A stretch of DNA of 58,920 nucleotides, counting the filler, from Sphacelaria rigidula (lineage: Eukaryota): NCBI GenBank assembly GCA_964200075.2. It is 6 parts of 6 records of this genome, joined end to end, with 100 filler letters (N's around TTAATTAATTAA, not from the genome) between each part and the next. Parts side by side here need not be neighbours in the genome. Positions count along the whole stretch, not along the records: positions 1 to 9,737 come from CAXNAA020007865.1; positions 9,838 to 19,574 come from CAXNAA020007866.1; 4 more parts are not named here. The stretch is one strand, 5' to 3'. Positions 1-11,267 of the stretch are shown piece after piece (position 1 is the stretch's first letter; every line of letters starts with the position of its first letter). Under the pieces are notes generated by a model. It did not search any database, was not told the origin of the DNA, and worked only from the letters and a program-made list of their open reading frames with translations. A program made the translations under genes and the position numbers.

Positions 1-799
1 GGGAACGGGTGATGGGGGTGGTTATGTGGGGGGGGTAGTGGGGAGGGGGGAAGTGGTGTCCTAGTCATTGCGCTTTTCAAGTAAATCCGAATTAGTAAAT
101 CTACGGTGGATGCAAAGACTTGGCAGAAAATGATGAATGCGATGCACCTTGAACACGAAGCGGGGAGAGGGGGGGAGGGCGGGGGCAGGTCGTCAGTCAG
201 CAGACAACATTTTTTCATCAACAGAGCTGTCCGCAATTTTGACGCGAGTTTTCTGCCCTACTAATACGACTTGTTCGTAGTTTTGATGAAAGTTTTTCAC
301 GCTGTTGGTACGGGTGCCGGCAGCGAATGTGCAGTCCAGTATACCTTCTGATCCAGGCGATCAAGTACTCTGACCGGCGTGAGGACTCACACCCCAGTAC
401 ATTCCTACGAGGCAGTACCATACACTGGCTACCATAAGTGCTTGGTCCACTCTGAATTGGTACCACCAGCTTTCTCCGGCGTGCTCTGAACCACCGTGCT
501 CTGAACCACGATCATATAACGTCCGTTCACTATGTTAAGTGTGTGGGACCATTCCGATTTACCTGAATCGGACTCGCTACTTGGTTTTCGGGCCGTTCTT
601 GCCGTTGTGGGCGTAGGGGACCAGTTTCGAAAATACTGAACCGTCCCACTTGCTACTGTAACTAAATCTAATAGATCCCAGTGAATTGTATAAGAAGACT
701 CGCTCGATCGATGCCTTGCCTAAGCACATAGCTGTGTATACGCCCTTGGCAGCGTATAGCGGATACGTGGGAGCCCGCACGGCCATTCTCGCCGTGCTA

Positions 800-1800
800 G
801 CACGGAGCAAATTAACTGATTCATTGACCTCCCTCGAAGCCTCTCGGGGAGAACGTCCGCCAGTTGTCCGGTCTTTGGTACATACTCCAGGTCGGCCAGC
901 TTCTTTGCGATGCGTTCTCGTGTACCCTCGAGCTTCATATCCACGCCTGCGCCTCGTACATCCGCCGAAGCCCGTGATGACCGCAGCCTGGATCGTACCG
1001 CGATTGTTGCGTGTCCCCGGTATTGCGTCCCGTAGTAGTTCTAGCGCCCCCAAGATACCGCGAATATGCAGGCCATATTTTCATGCCATGCGCCATCGCT
1101 GCCCATCTCGCCCACGAGTTTGACCATGTGACTGGCCCCACCAGTTTGGATCTCCAGGCGATGAGCGATTTATTCGGGAGGGGCAGATAGCCTGATATGC
1201 TCCTGCCCGAATACGCATCGCTCGTCAGCTGGAGTCCGATTGGTCCGTAATGGCTTGTTGCTCGACGGCGGTGTCGCCGGCACTTCTTCGGTACCGTAGG
1301 CATACGTCGAGTGCCATGGCGAGGTAAAGGAGGATATGTTGGCCTATGTTCTCGAACGCACACACGCAGTTGGCGGTGCACGTTGCCCGTGGGGGCACCA
1401 ACCACGGGGGGCCATGTGAATGTCGGCCAGGAAATCGCGCAAACTGGAAATCTCATCCGTGCCAAACGGCAAATGTCGGCACGGCCGTATCTACGCGCCT
1501 GGTGGGGGCCTCCTGCTCACACGCGATCAAGTCCATAGCAAGGAAGGCCTTCCATTCTTTTGTTTAGCCGTCGTTTCGTGCATTCTCTGTTGTCGAGGGA
1601 GAATCCTCCGTCCGTGACATACCCGCCGCCTCCTCTGCTGGTGGCATGCCCCTTAGACACAAACGGCGCTCACGCCATTTGTGACTCCTGTTCAGGGAGA
1701 ACGTGTGCTGACTTTTGTCGAGCTCGCCGGGCCTACTGACTCGCCGGAAATTCCACGGACTCAACGCTTCTCTCCAGCTCGGTCGATGTGTACGTCGTGG
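800..1800 (-). mobile_element. Degenerate Ty1/Copia LTR-retrotransposon pol remnant (RNase H and end of RT)
   Basis: Minus-strand frames give SDAYSGRSISGYL..NKSLIAWRSKLVGPVTWS..AAMAHGMK, matching Copia RSTSGY..ISWRSKKQ..VALST. They also give DMKLEGTRERIAKKLADLEYVPKTGQLADVL, matching HIDIK..REKV..LEYVPT..QLADIL. Multiple frameshifts; boundaries approximate. Confidence 0.8.
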
Positions 1801-2123
1801 AGGAGATGGCCGCCCGCTTCAACTGATGGTAGTTTGCATCACGCCGGGTAATGAGCGGCGCCTAGGGCAGCAGCGTCTCCTTAATTCCTAGCAAGAGGGC
1901 CGTCTTCTTCGTTGCCCCAGGTTGTGTTCCTTCAAGGGTATCTAACCCTAACCAGATTTTGCGCAGGCTCGATCAAGTCGGTCGCATTCTCTGCTACTGT
2001 ACAATCGAAGTGTCGCAGCCTTCTCTCTAGTGAGAGCAGCTCTAGTTCATCACCTTTCTGCCCAAGATAGGGAGACTCTCGCATGTCCCCCCAAATTGGT
2101 TTCCTCATATTTTTTCTTCATCA

Positions 2124-2445
2124 TATTGATTGATTGATTGATTGATTGAGTGTCGCACTTTAATATTATTATATTCTATTTTATTTGCTCTTTACTTTCC
2201 TCTTCTTTTATTTTTATTTTTTCAGGTCGGCCATTTCTTTCTATGCTTGCTTTTGTTGATTTTTTTTTTTGTTACGTCTTAGTCTACTGTAATATGTCGT
2301 TCTCCTCGACTTTTTTATTCTGTTCCTTCTTTTCTTCAGCGAATGTTTCAGCTTTGTTTCTCTTGGGTACGTTCATCATGAACCCACGGCTGGACCCTGG
2401 GGGGGTCAGTCAAAGTGCGATAATCAATCAATCAAAATCAATCAG
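2124..2445. repeat. (TGAT)n and (ATCA)n microsatellites in inverted orientation flanking a T-rich segment
   Basis: GATTGATTGAGTGTCGCACTTT at ~2140-2161 is the near reverse complement of AAAGTGCGATAATCAATCAATC at ~2412-2433. Confidence 0.6.
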
Positions 2446-3414
2446 AGCTTGGCGAGAAACATTACCCAAGGGACTGGGGACCGAACAATCAATCCAAGGG
2501 AAAAAATCACCTGTAGACGGGCTGAAATTTGAAACCCTCATATATTTGTACAAATATAGATTCGTTGCCATGAAAAATGGTTTGATACATGGTCCCACGG
2601 CATTTCTGTTCCTAGCTGCCTTCGACCATTTCTATTAGGGCGTGTCTTGACACTTTTTCTTCGATCGAAAAATTGCGATCGATTTGTTTTTGCCGATCTG
2701 ATAGGTCTACCGCATTTATGCTCCTAGATGGCTTCAACGCAAGATTATAATAGTGTCGCGCGGAGAAAAACTATTTTACACAAGAAAATAATTATTTTCG
2801 ATCGAAAACATGCGGTCGAAAGGCACGAAGCGGCACTTGACTCCTATGTTACTGACCACCACACCAGATAACATCCTGTTCACAGGACCATGCAAACTTG
2901 CATCCAACCCATTCTCAGCTACCACCGCAACCCTGCAGCATAGAGCACGAGTCGAGCACAGGGATAGATATAGATACACTACAGTAGTTGGGTATATGCT
3001 TTGTTTATTTTTTGTTGGCGAGAACTTGCGCATCTTCTCTCATGGTAGGGATCAGCGACGGAACTGCGTGGTAGGGTGGGCAACCGAGTTGCGTGCACGC
3101 TCATGGACAGTGCAGGCCGTACAAACCTGCACGTTGCTGAAGTCCATTTCACATTGCATTGTAAGCAGAGAGAACTGATAGTCCTGGGCTATCTGCACTG
3201 CATGTTTCCTGTTCCTTTTTGAGACCCTACTGTACAAAACACGCACACACGCACTAAAGACACTGCTTGCAAGCAGTGCAGACAGTACAGACTGTCTGTA
3301 CTGTACACAAGTGACCATGTACCGTTTCACGAATCTCATCGTATTTTTTTGATCGAGAGCTTGAACACCAATCTGGACCCAACTACATCAAAACGAGAGA
3401 ATTTCGCTCAAAAC

Positions 3415-3725
3415 AAAAGGTGCGGGGACACGCCCTTACGGAGGTATCTCCAACTCGGTTCCCGATTCCACCGCCCCATTTTTTCGATCGAAAAAAAAAA
3501 GGTGCGGGGACACGCCCTTACGGAGGTATCTCCAACTCGGTTCCCGGTTTCCTGGTTTATTCGCTGGCTCTGGGTTTTGTACTATTTTTTCTAGCGAAAG
3601 TGATGGTGGTTCATAGAAGGACCTGGCCTGGCGGTCAAAAGGCCTCAGTATCTGGTAGTCGCCATCATTTTCACCTGTAAAAAACAAAACAAAATAGGAA
3701 ACCGGGAACTGAGTTTGAGATACGG
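3415..3725. repeat. 49-bp direct repeat pair plus an inverted partial copy (probable DNA-transposon subterminal repeats)
   Basis: AAAAGGTGCGGGGACACGCCCTTACGGAGGTATCTCCAACTCGGTTCCC at ~3415 and ~3497. Inverted partial copy GGAAACCGGGAACTGAGTTTGAGATAC at ~3697-3723. Confidence 0.8.
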
Positions 3726-4214
3726 ACCTCTTGCAGGCCGCTCCTTATAACAGGCAAGAATAAAAACCTGGGAGAGTGCCTTTATGGCGCTTCTACGTCG
3801 TTGTACGCGCCAAAAGAGAGCTATGCGGAGTTTGACACCTTGTAATGACTTGCTATACGTACTCGTTGAGGCGGTTCCAGGACATCTTCCCGTTCCCCGG
3901 TGGCCGCAATTTTTATTTTGGCCAAACAAGAATTTTTGTACACGGTTGTTATTTTTCTGGTTGGGAGGGGTTGGGGTTGGATGATAATTTTTGGGATTGG
4001 AGTAATATTATGTGGAAAAGGGGAACACAATATGGATCGGAAAAATATATATTAACTCGGCAATTTTCGCAACCAGACCAGCGGCCAGCGCAAATATTTC
4101 GCGAGAAAAGGAATGAGCTGACCAGCGATCCTTCGCAGAAGAGGAGCGTACGTATATACTTTTTGTCGACCCCAGTGATATCTGTTATCGTCCGCGATCG
4201 AGCGACCTGTGTAG

Positions 4215-4577
4215 TTGGTGAGAACGGTTTTGCCATCAAAGGGACCTCAAGGCACAGGGTTATGGATACCTCCAAGAAGAGGTCGACGGGGTCATACTTC
4301 CGTCTTCCTGAGTGCTGCCAGCCTGCGGCGCTGAGGACGCCAAGGCGGTCGCATCCGGTCTCAATAGCTTCATCCGGATTCGCATCCGATCTCAAGCTTT
4401 CAGGTTGGACCATCCGGATGAAGCTTTTGAGACCGGAAGCGACCGCCTTGGCGTCCTCAGCGTCGCAGGCTGGCAGCACTCAGGAAGACAGAAAAATGAC
4501 CCCGTCGACCCATTGTTGGAGGAATCTATAACCCTGTGCCTTGAGGTCCCCTCTGATGGGAACACCGTTCTCAACAA
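4215..4577 (+). ncRNA. Long foldback hairpin, candidate miRNA / hairpin-siRNA precursor
   Basis: 4241-4379 pairs with 4412-4550 without indels (i+j=8791) and extends to ~4215/4577 with one bulge. Mismatches are mostly isolated. G-U wobbles (4264/4527, 4328/4463, and inner stem TCCGATCT/AGGTTGGA) form only on the + strand. Confidence 0.55.
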
Positions 4578-6408
4578 GTCTTCTGTACTCGGGACGTTGA
4601 CGGCAATCAGTGGGGCCAACATATTATGTGCAGCACAGTTGATGCTGTGTTGTGGGCGCCAAGAAAGTGATGGCAAAGGGGTTGCGTGGTGGCGAGACAG
4701 TTTGAGATGTCGGTACGTCCGCCGATATTGGTAGGAGGTTGCGGGGCACTTATCGGGATATTGAGATGACATGGCGCCGAAACGACGACGTGTGCCGATA
4801 AATTTCGAGGGAGGTTGCCGACGCATTTTTGCCGAACTTAGCCAAGTAGATTGTACGATAGTAATATAATAATAATAATTTACCGGCAGTGGTAGTCGGG
4901 TATATTAACGAGTACGCCGTCGAGGACGTCGAGTGTTTGTGAAATTCAACGTATCAAAATCTGTACCAGAAAATAGGTATATCTTGCGTTTTTAACGCTA
5001 TCAAATGATGACTTTTACAATTTCGTCAATTCGCCAATCACACCGAGCGTATAGTGGCAGAGGTAGTCGGGTCAAATCTGTCCGAAAATGGTGATAGAGG
5101 CGCAAGGCAATGACGTATCACATATTAGCGTTGGCGGCGGGAGATGGCCGTAGGGAATTATGGCCAAAGACGACGGACAGGGCGATACGTTATGAAGAAG
5201 CTAGGAGGGCGATACGGTATGTGCTTATAGTGTCGGCAAGCATACCACAAAAGTGGGTCTCAGAGAGATTTCCCCCGATTTTCAGGAAAATCGGAGGTAA
5301 TCGTTCCGAAAGCGTGACTTCCCCCGATTGTTAGGAGGTGACGTACGTGCACTGAGGTACATTGGTAGTGTACGAGGCGTTTGTTATTGTTGGAGCGGGG
5401 GCAGAAGACAGTCTCGTGACAGCGCAGAGCGTGCCTGCCATAAAAGTCGGCAAGCACAGGGTTTTGCGCACGAAGTTTTGTTCAGCGGCCAATGTCGAAA
5501 CCTCGGAGCCAAGGGAATCTGAAAAGCAGACTGGATTCCTCTCTGTGGGGTCATGCAAAGTGTCCGAGACGTGTGTTAGCGGTTTTCCCTGTCTGGGGGC
5601 CAAAAGGTGGGTCAAACGTCCCAAAAGTGGACAATCCGTGGGCCAAAAACCTGTTTGCCATAACATCCGGCCTAAGAACGACTCTAATGGGAGGCGTTCA
5701 AAATTCCTGTTTAAAAGTGCCTTTTTGACCCTTCTCCGTCGTTTTACGCCTGAAAAGAGGGCAAGGCGGATATTGACGCCTTGGAATGACTTGCTCTACT
5801 CATGGAGGCCGTTCCAGGGCAACTTTGCATTTCCCACCGGCCGCAATTTCATTGTTGGCCAAACACGAATTTTCAACAAAAAACGGTCCAGCGATAAAAA
5901 AACAGGGGGGAATTTTGATCACCTGATCGTTTTTTACTGAAAGTCCGTGTTTGGCCTCATACGGGGGAACATTGTTAGTAGGAACGAAAAACGCGCGAAG
6001 ACAAAATTCAAGAGAAAAGTTATGTGATTAATAATTTCAGTCGTACTCGTTTACACGATATATTCATCTGCACTTTTTAGACAAAACCAACGGGAGGCCA
6101 TGTGTAGTGGTATGCATTGGGCACACCGCACAAAAGCTGGCGACTGTGGCTTTCTAACGATGGTGGTCTCGTCCTCAGGCGTATCGTACAGCATGCAAGA
6201 GGTCATGTTGATTATGACAGCACTGCTCTTTGTACGGGGGGAGGAACGCTGTCCCCACATCCCTGAAGAAACACGCAGACGACATATCAGTGAAAACCTT
6301 GGAATATGACCGAGGGAGCTCTTGAAACCGTGTTTCAAAGCTCGAAAATGCGCTCGAGATATGCCCAACTGAAGTGGGGTTCTCCAGGTCAGAGCGTGCC
6401 CCGCAGCT

Positions 6409-8747
6409 ATGCCCCGCAAGAGAGGTGGGAAAACAGCAGCGCTTCCTGGCACTGCTCCAAAAGTGGCGAGAAGAGACAAACCATGCGCGTACATGAAGGG
6501 GAAGGAGATAGGAAGACGTGAAGAAGCCGTGGCTGCAGAGGAAGAATTCTTTGCTGCAGACAAGGCAGCCGCTGTTGCTCATCAGGCAGCTCTTGCCGAG
6601 GAGAGGGCAGTCTTTGCTGCGCAAAAGGCAGTCTTTGCTGAGGCGAATGTTTGCTGAGGCTTTTGCCTTTGAAGGCAGCCATTGCTCAGGAGAAGGCAAA
6701 TATCAAAGCGAGAGTCAAAGCTATCGAGAGGACAGACGCGAGGCATGTTGCAGAGAGGGTCGCGGCGGATTCTGCTGCGGAAGCAGCGGATCGCAGACGC
6801 CCTGATTAAGATCGCGATGAGGCTACAGCTACCCAAGCTCGTGAAGGTCTGAAGCCAAGGAAGGGTGAGCTCTTGCATGAGTCGCAAACTCGGTCCATTC
6901 TCATGCTGTACTTCAACCTTGTGCAGGAAGGCGACTCCCCCAATGTGGCTATGGACAAGACTGCATCCACAATGCGCATCAGCCCGGAGAACATGTGCAA
7001 CGTGGGTTCATCTTGTATACTGTACAGTATACTGTTGCTGTACTGTACTGTCTGTCTGTGCATCCATTTTTCTGTGTACTTTACTGTTGCGCCGCACTGC
7101 GCTGCTTGTTCTGTACTCAATTATACTGCGTGTACAGGACGGTGCCGGGCCGTACGGTCTGTACTGCGTGTACTCTACTGCTCACATTGCTCGGTGTACT
7201 GTACTTTTTTTTTTACCGTGCTGTACTGTGGCGGTGTCTATAGGGGAGTTCTTTCACACCCTGGACATAAACGACATGGTCACAAAGTGTACTGCGTACA
7301 GTACGGCATCTATAATCTGCTTGAGCATAAGTGATATTCGACGCTGTAAGCAGTACACGTTTCGACGATTATATCGCTTGTCCAGGGTGTGATACATTTT
7401 CGATGCCGCATTTCATCCTACACATGACCACCGTGATTGGGTGCGAATCCTCGACAAACATACGAAGTACAAGTACGGCATGACTGAAGCTCTTCGTTGC
7501 ACTGTTTTACTGTTTTTTCTCGAATTTCAGATTCGGGCACATTGGTTCGGGAAAAAAGAGTTGCTCTCAACATCGGGGGACGGACGAGGTGCAATGCGAG
7601 ATGTGGGGGGAAAGCGGAAGGTGCTCGACGACGAACAGTGCGTCGAATTGAACGGCTACATCTCCAGCATGCATGAGCAGGGGCAGCAAGTCTTCAGGCT
7701 TAGAGTTGGAGAGTGGATCGAGGACAATTACGGCAGGAAAATGTCAAACCGCGTGTTGGGGGGCCTGCTGTTCAGGCTTGGGTACAGGCGCCGGCGGGGA
7801 AGGATCAAAATCCCTCTCATGAACGAGGCCCGGAAAGCACGTATTCGTCGTTTTCTCGTTGAGATGGCTGATGCCGTCGCGCAGGAAGATGACGAACAAG
7901 CAGTGCTTGTTCACGTGGACGAAAGCTTCGTCCATCAGTTGCACGGCTCGGCCTACTCGTACTTCTTCACTGACGAAGGAGGCGTCGTGCAGGACGTGAT
8001 GGGGCGGACATCAGGCAAGGGTCAGAGGATGATCATGGTCCATGCCATGACCAAGCACGGCCCGTTGGTAACCCGCGGGAACGATCATTTCCCAATTCCG
8101 GAGGGTCCTCTCCCACCCAAGGCGGACGGCAGGGGGAGGGGAGGGGCTGGAGACGTGGGGAGTCTATCAACGGCAGAGTGCCGATGGCGGGCGAAACACG
8201 GCAAGGGTGATTATCACGACGCCATGACGGACAAAAAGTTCATGGCTTGGCTTGAGAAGCGCCTCACGCCTGCTTCCAAGAAAGTATTCGGCGACAAAAA
8301 GATGATCCTGGTTCTCGACAACGCCTCGTACCACCATGGGTTTGACGAGGCGGTGAAGGTACCCGAGTCCAACAGCAAAAACTACAACACGGGGCTGTTG
8401 CATGAGTACGGGGTCTCATCGATCAAGGTGGGCGCGCCAAGAAGAACAATAGCGGCGTTATGGTTACCACGACGCGCAACATCGAGGTGCCAGAGCCTGG
8501 CGATGTGTTCCCGCAAGCCAACTCTAAATGCCGCAACGGTGTGAGTAAGGAGGGAGTTGCGTTGGCTACGCGGGCGTACTTTCAGGTTCACCACCCCGAA
8601 AAGCTCCCGGAAAAATTGGAGCGGTACATGAACTCGCAAGGATTGGAATCGATCTGGACTACACCTTACACGCCCAGCTTTCAGCCGATCGTGTTGTTCT
8701 GGCAGCACGGCAAACAGTACGTAGGTGATGATAATGCGGAAGTGTAA
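6409..8747 (+). pseudogene. Decayed intron-containing IS630-Tc1-mariner DDE transposase (long-spacer, Sailor-like)
   Basis: Ala/Glu-rich N-terminus from ATG 6409, with a frameshift at ~6650 and a stop at 6807. HTH-like AMDKTASTMRISPENMCN|IRAHW is joined in phase by a GT..AG intron at 7002-7530. Catalytic-type motifs: VDESF (D 7918), GKGQRMIMVHA, GDYHDAM..F.AW, LVLDNASYHH (D 8317) and, after a frameshift at ~8430, PYTPSFQPIV-LFW..GK (expected E is V, 8691). Confidence 0.85.
7255..7391. mobile_element. 137-bp MITE with CACACCCTGGACA termini, inside the transposase intron
   Basis: Perfect 13-bp TIR CACACCCTGGACA...TGTCCAGGGTGTG. Shares size and internal AAAGTGTACTGCGTACAGTA with the element at 53873-54010. 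Confidence 0.8.
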
Positions 8748-9059
8748 GCATCACTTGTTTCTTTTCTTTGACTTATGGTCGTGGGTGGAAACAACAGGCT
8801 CAAAAATACTGTTGTATACTTCAACCCCGGATCCATGATCGGAGGGACACCAAGTGGAATAGTTCACGGAATGGGCCTTACATAAAATTGAATAAAATTG
8901 GCCTTACCTTCTCGTGTACATCTTGTTTTTGCTCTTGTGTTACTGAGTGTTGATCGTGTGGACCTCGTGGTTCATCCGAGCTGCCCTTTGTTGAATTTAA
9001 CGTCGACACCCGGGGGCAGCGCGGAGAAATTTCGGACACATAGCCCCCCTCCCCTCCCG

Positions 9060-9428
9060 GAGGACATATTTTCGAAAATTGTCACGATTTTTTCGATTTT
9101 TTTCGCCAAGTTTGTCGCAAGGAATTGATCAATGAAGACTGTTTTGATTTTTTCTGTTAATTTTGTTACAAGAAATTGATCAATAAACGCTGACAAAAAC
9201 CGAAAAGTCTGGTGGGCTTTGTGGGCTTCGTATATCTACTTCTGCTCCTTGCCCGCTTTGTCCCGATGACCTCAGATGCCGGAGGGCATTTTTCCGACAA
9301 TTCAAATTATCTTGTTTTTTTTTTCATGTTTTCTGTTAACTTTGTTGCAAGAAAATTATCAACGAACATTGACAAAATCCGAAAAATTTGGTGGGCTTTG
9401 CGGGGTGTATGTTTGCTTCTGCTCCTTT
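9060..9428. repeat. Diverged tandem duplication of an AT-rich ~150-190-bp unit
   Basis: TTTTCTGTTAA.TTTGTT.CAAGAAA..ATCAA....TGACAAAA.CCGAAAA..TGGTGGGCTTTG...CTTCTGCTCCTT occurs at ~9150-9249 and ~9329-9427. Confidence 0.7.
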
Positions 9429-9663
9429 AGATATTCATGTATATATATAATTATATATAACAAACAAATATATTGTATATAATATACATAATATAATATA
9501 TAATAGGGAGAAGAAGCATATGTTTAAAATAGACCTATTATATAGACCTATATTATATTATATTATATATTATATATAATATATATAAGGATCTCTACTG
9601 TTTACGGCAGCTGGCGGCATCCGCCAACGCTTCGGTAAAAACCCAGGGGACACACGGCTGGGT

Positions 9664-9696
<33 letters not shown>

Positions 9697-9737
9697 CGAG
9701 GCCGGGGGCGAGGGCAAGGAAAGAGAAAACAAAAAAA

Positions 9738-9837
9738 NNNNNNNNNNNNNNNNNNNNNNNNNNNNNNNNNNNNNNNNNNNNTTAATTAATTAANNNNNNN
9801 NNNNNNNNNNNNNNNNNNNNNNNNNNNNNNNNNNNNN
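9738..9837. other. Artificial 100-bp contig spacer (N44-TTAATTAATTAA-N44); also at 19575-19674, 29412-29511, 39249-39348, 49085-49184
   Basis: Identical N runs with a six-frame stop linker separate contigs of 9737, 9737, 9737, 9737, 9736 and 9736 bp. Confidence 0.98.
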
Positions 9838-11267
9838 CATGGATTTGAAGATGCACGCTGATTTGCCGATTACTACGATGTGTTATAGTGGGCACAACTC
9901 TCGATACGTCGTCAGTTAGAACGGACTGAAAGAAAGTGAGCTTCTTGGGCGGCCCAGCCTGTACCTCTCTTTCCATCCACACGTTGAGTGAAGGCGAAAA
10001 CATGATCAATAATTCAAAAACGAAGAACGACTATATTAGAATATCGAACAAAAACGCCATGGCGACAAAAAACACAGTCACGAACAATTTCCGCTGGCAC
10101 GCAGGGAGTAGGTGTAACGGAGGACTGGAGACAGGGAACAGCTGCAATACGGGACGGGCTCAAGACTCACATCATTAACATTCGGTAGCAACCGAGTGCA
10201 GTGTACACGAAGGTAGTACGCAGCATACAGCGCTGTGTGCAGCGCGTGAAGAGCAACGTTCGCCTGAGCCTATATCGGAAAACAAGTACAAACTCCGGTC
10301 AAAAATATGTTCGCATGCGGACGACTGAGCATGGTCTTGAGGTCTGCACAATTGATGTGTGTGCTTCCCTTCGGACTCACCGTAATCCCAATACCGGCAG
10401 GGACGCTCCCTCTCACTGTCCCAGGTCAACAAGCGAGTGGTGCGCTCCTCTGTCTCTTCGGCAGTATTCCTCAAGCCGCTTCAGCAAATCTGTATACGCC
10501 GCCTTTGTTTTCTCGAGCAACGCGACGTCACCAGTAATCTTCATCCCGGCTCATTTGTGAAGCACGTGGCAGTGGTCAATAAGAGTAAATACTCGCGCAT
10601 CTTTGCCCGCAGCAAAAACCGAGGCTCATACCCTATCGGCGAAACGCGTCCGGTCATCGATTGCAAGCCCTCATAGATAGCGAGCAACTAGGACCGTCAG
10701 GCCTCGAAAGATGCGGATATGACACTCACGCTGCGAACAAGTATTGAATCAATAATAGTTTTAGCGATCAACTCGCGTAAATGTTACTGCTTCATCGTTT
10801 GGCCATTTTTTGTGGTTCCGCTTTCTAAGCTTCCATCTGAACTTCGGGCTTTCAGTATGGAGGCCGAATCAACAGCGATATGGCTTGGTTCACCGGCTTT
10901 TGTGCGCTTTGTACTTCGTCTGCACGGAGATCATGCGTCTACATACATGCAAGGATTTCACACACGGTGACGTCTTCACCTTGGTTCCGCAAAATGGGTT
11001 AGCATCGGAACAGCTACATATCAATGTCGACACAATGTTCTGTATTTGTAGCATGCCGTGTCGTAGTGTATGATTGACGTCATGATAATCACCGCATGCG
11101 ACAAGAACGTATTCCACTCGAGCAGCCGCGGCTGCCTATTAGTTTTCCCAGTAGTTTTGGCAGCGTTGTTGTCTGCAGTGATGTCGTCGCCGTTCGGCTA
11201 GCGAGTTTCCCGCTGGGATCTGTTACCTTTCTCGATGGTTGTTGTCTGTGCTACAAAACATTCACAG

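Noticed and set aside
3845-4826. Overlapping 140-228-aa ORFs on both strands
   Set aside because: Mirror-image products of the inverted repeat with no recognisable domain.
9580-9700. Helitron-like 5' end (A|TCTCTACT) next to a poly-C run
   Set aside because: Motif too short; no 3' CTAG hairpin or RepHel sequence before the contig ends.
8747-9737. Fanzor/TnpB cargo downstream of the IS630-like transposase
   Set aside because: No RuvC or zinc-finger motifs visible; only AT-rich duplications and low-complexity sequence.
9782-9793. Periodic TTAATTAATTAA motif every ~9.8 kb
   Set aside because: Assembly linker embedded in N runs, not biological.
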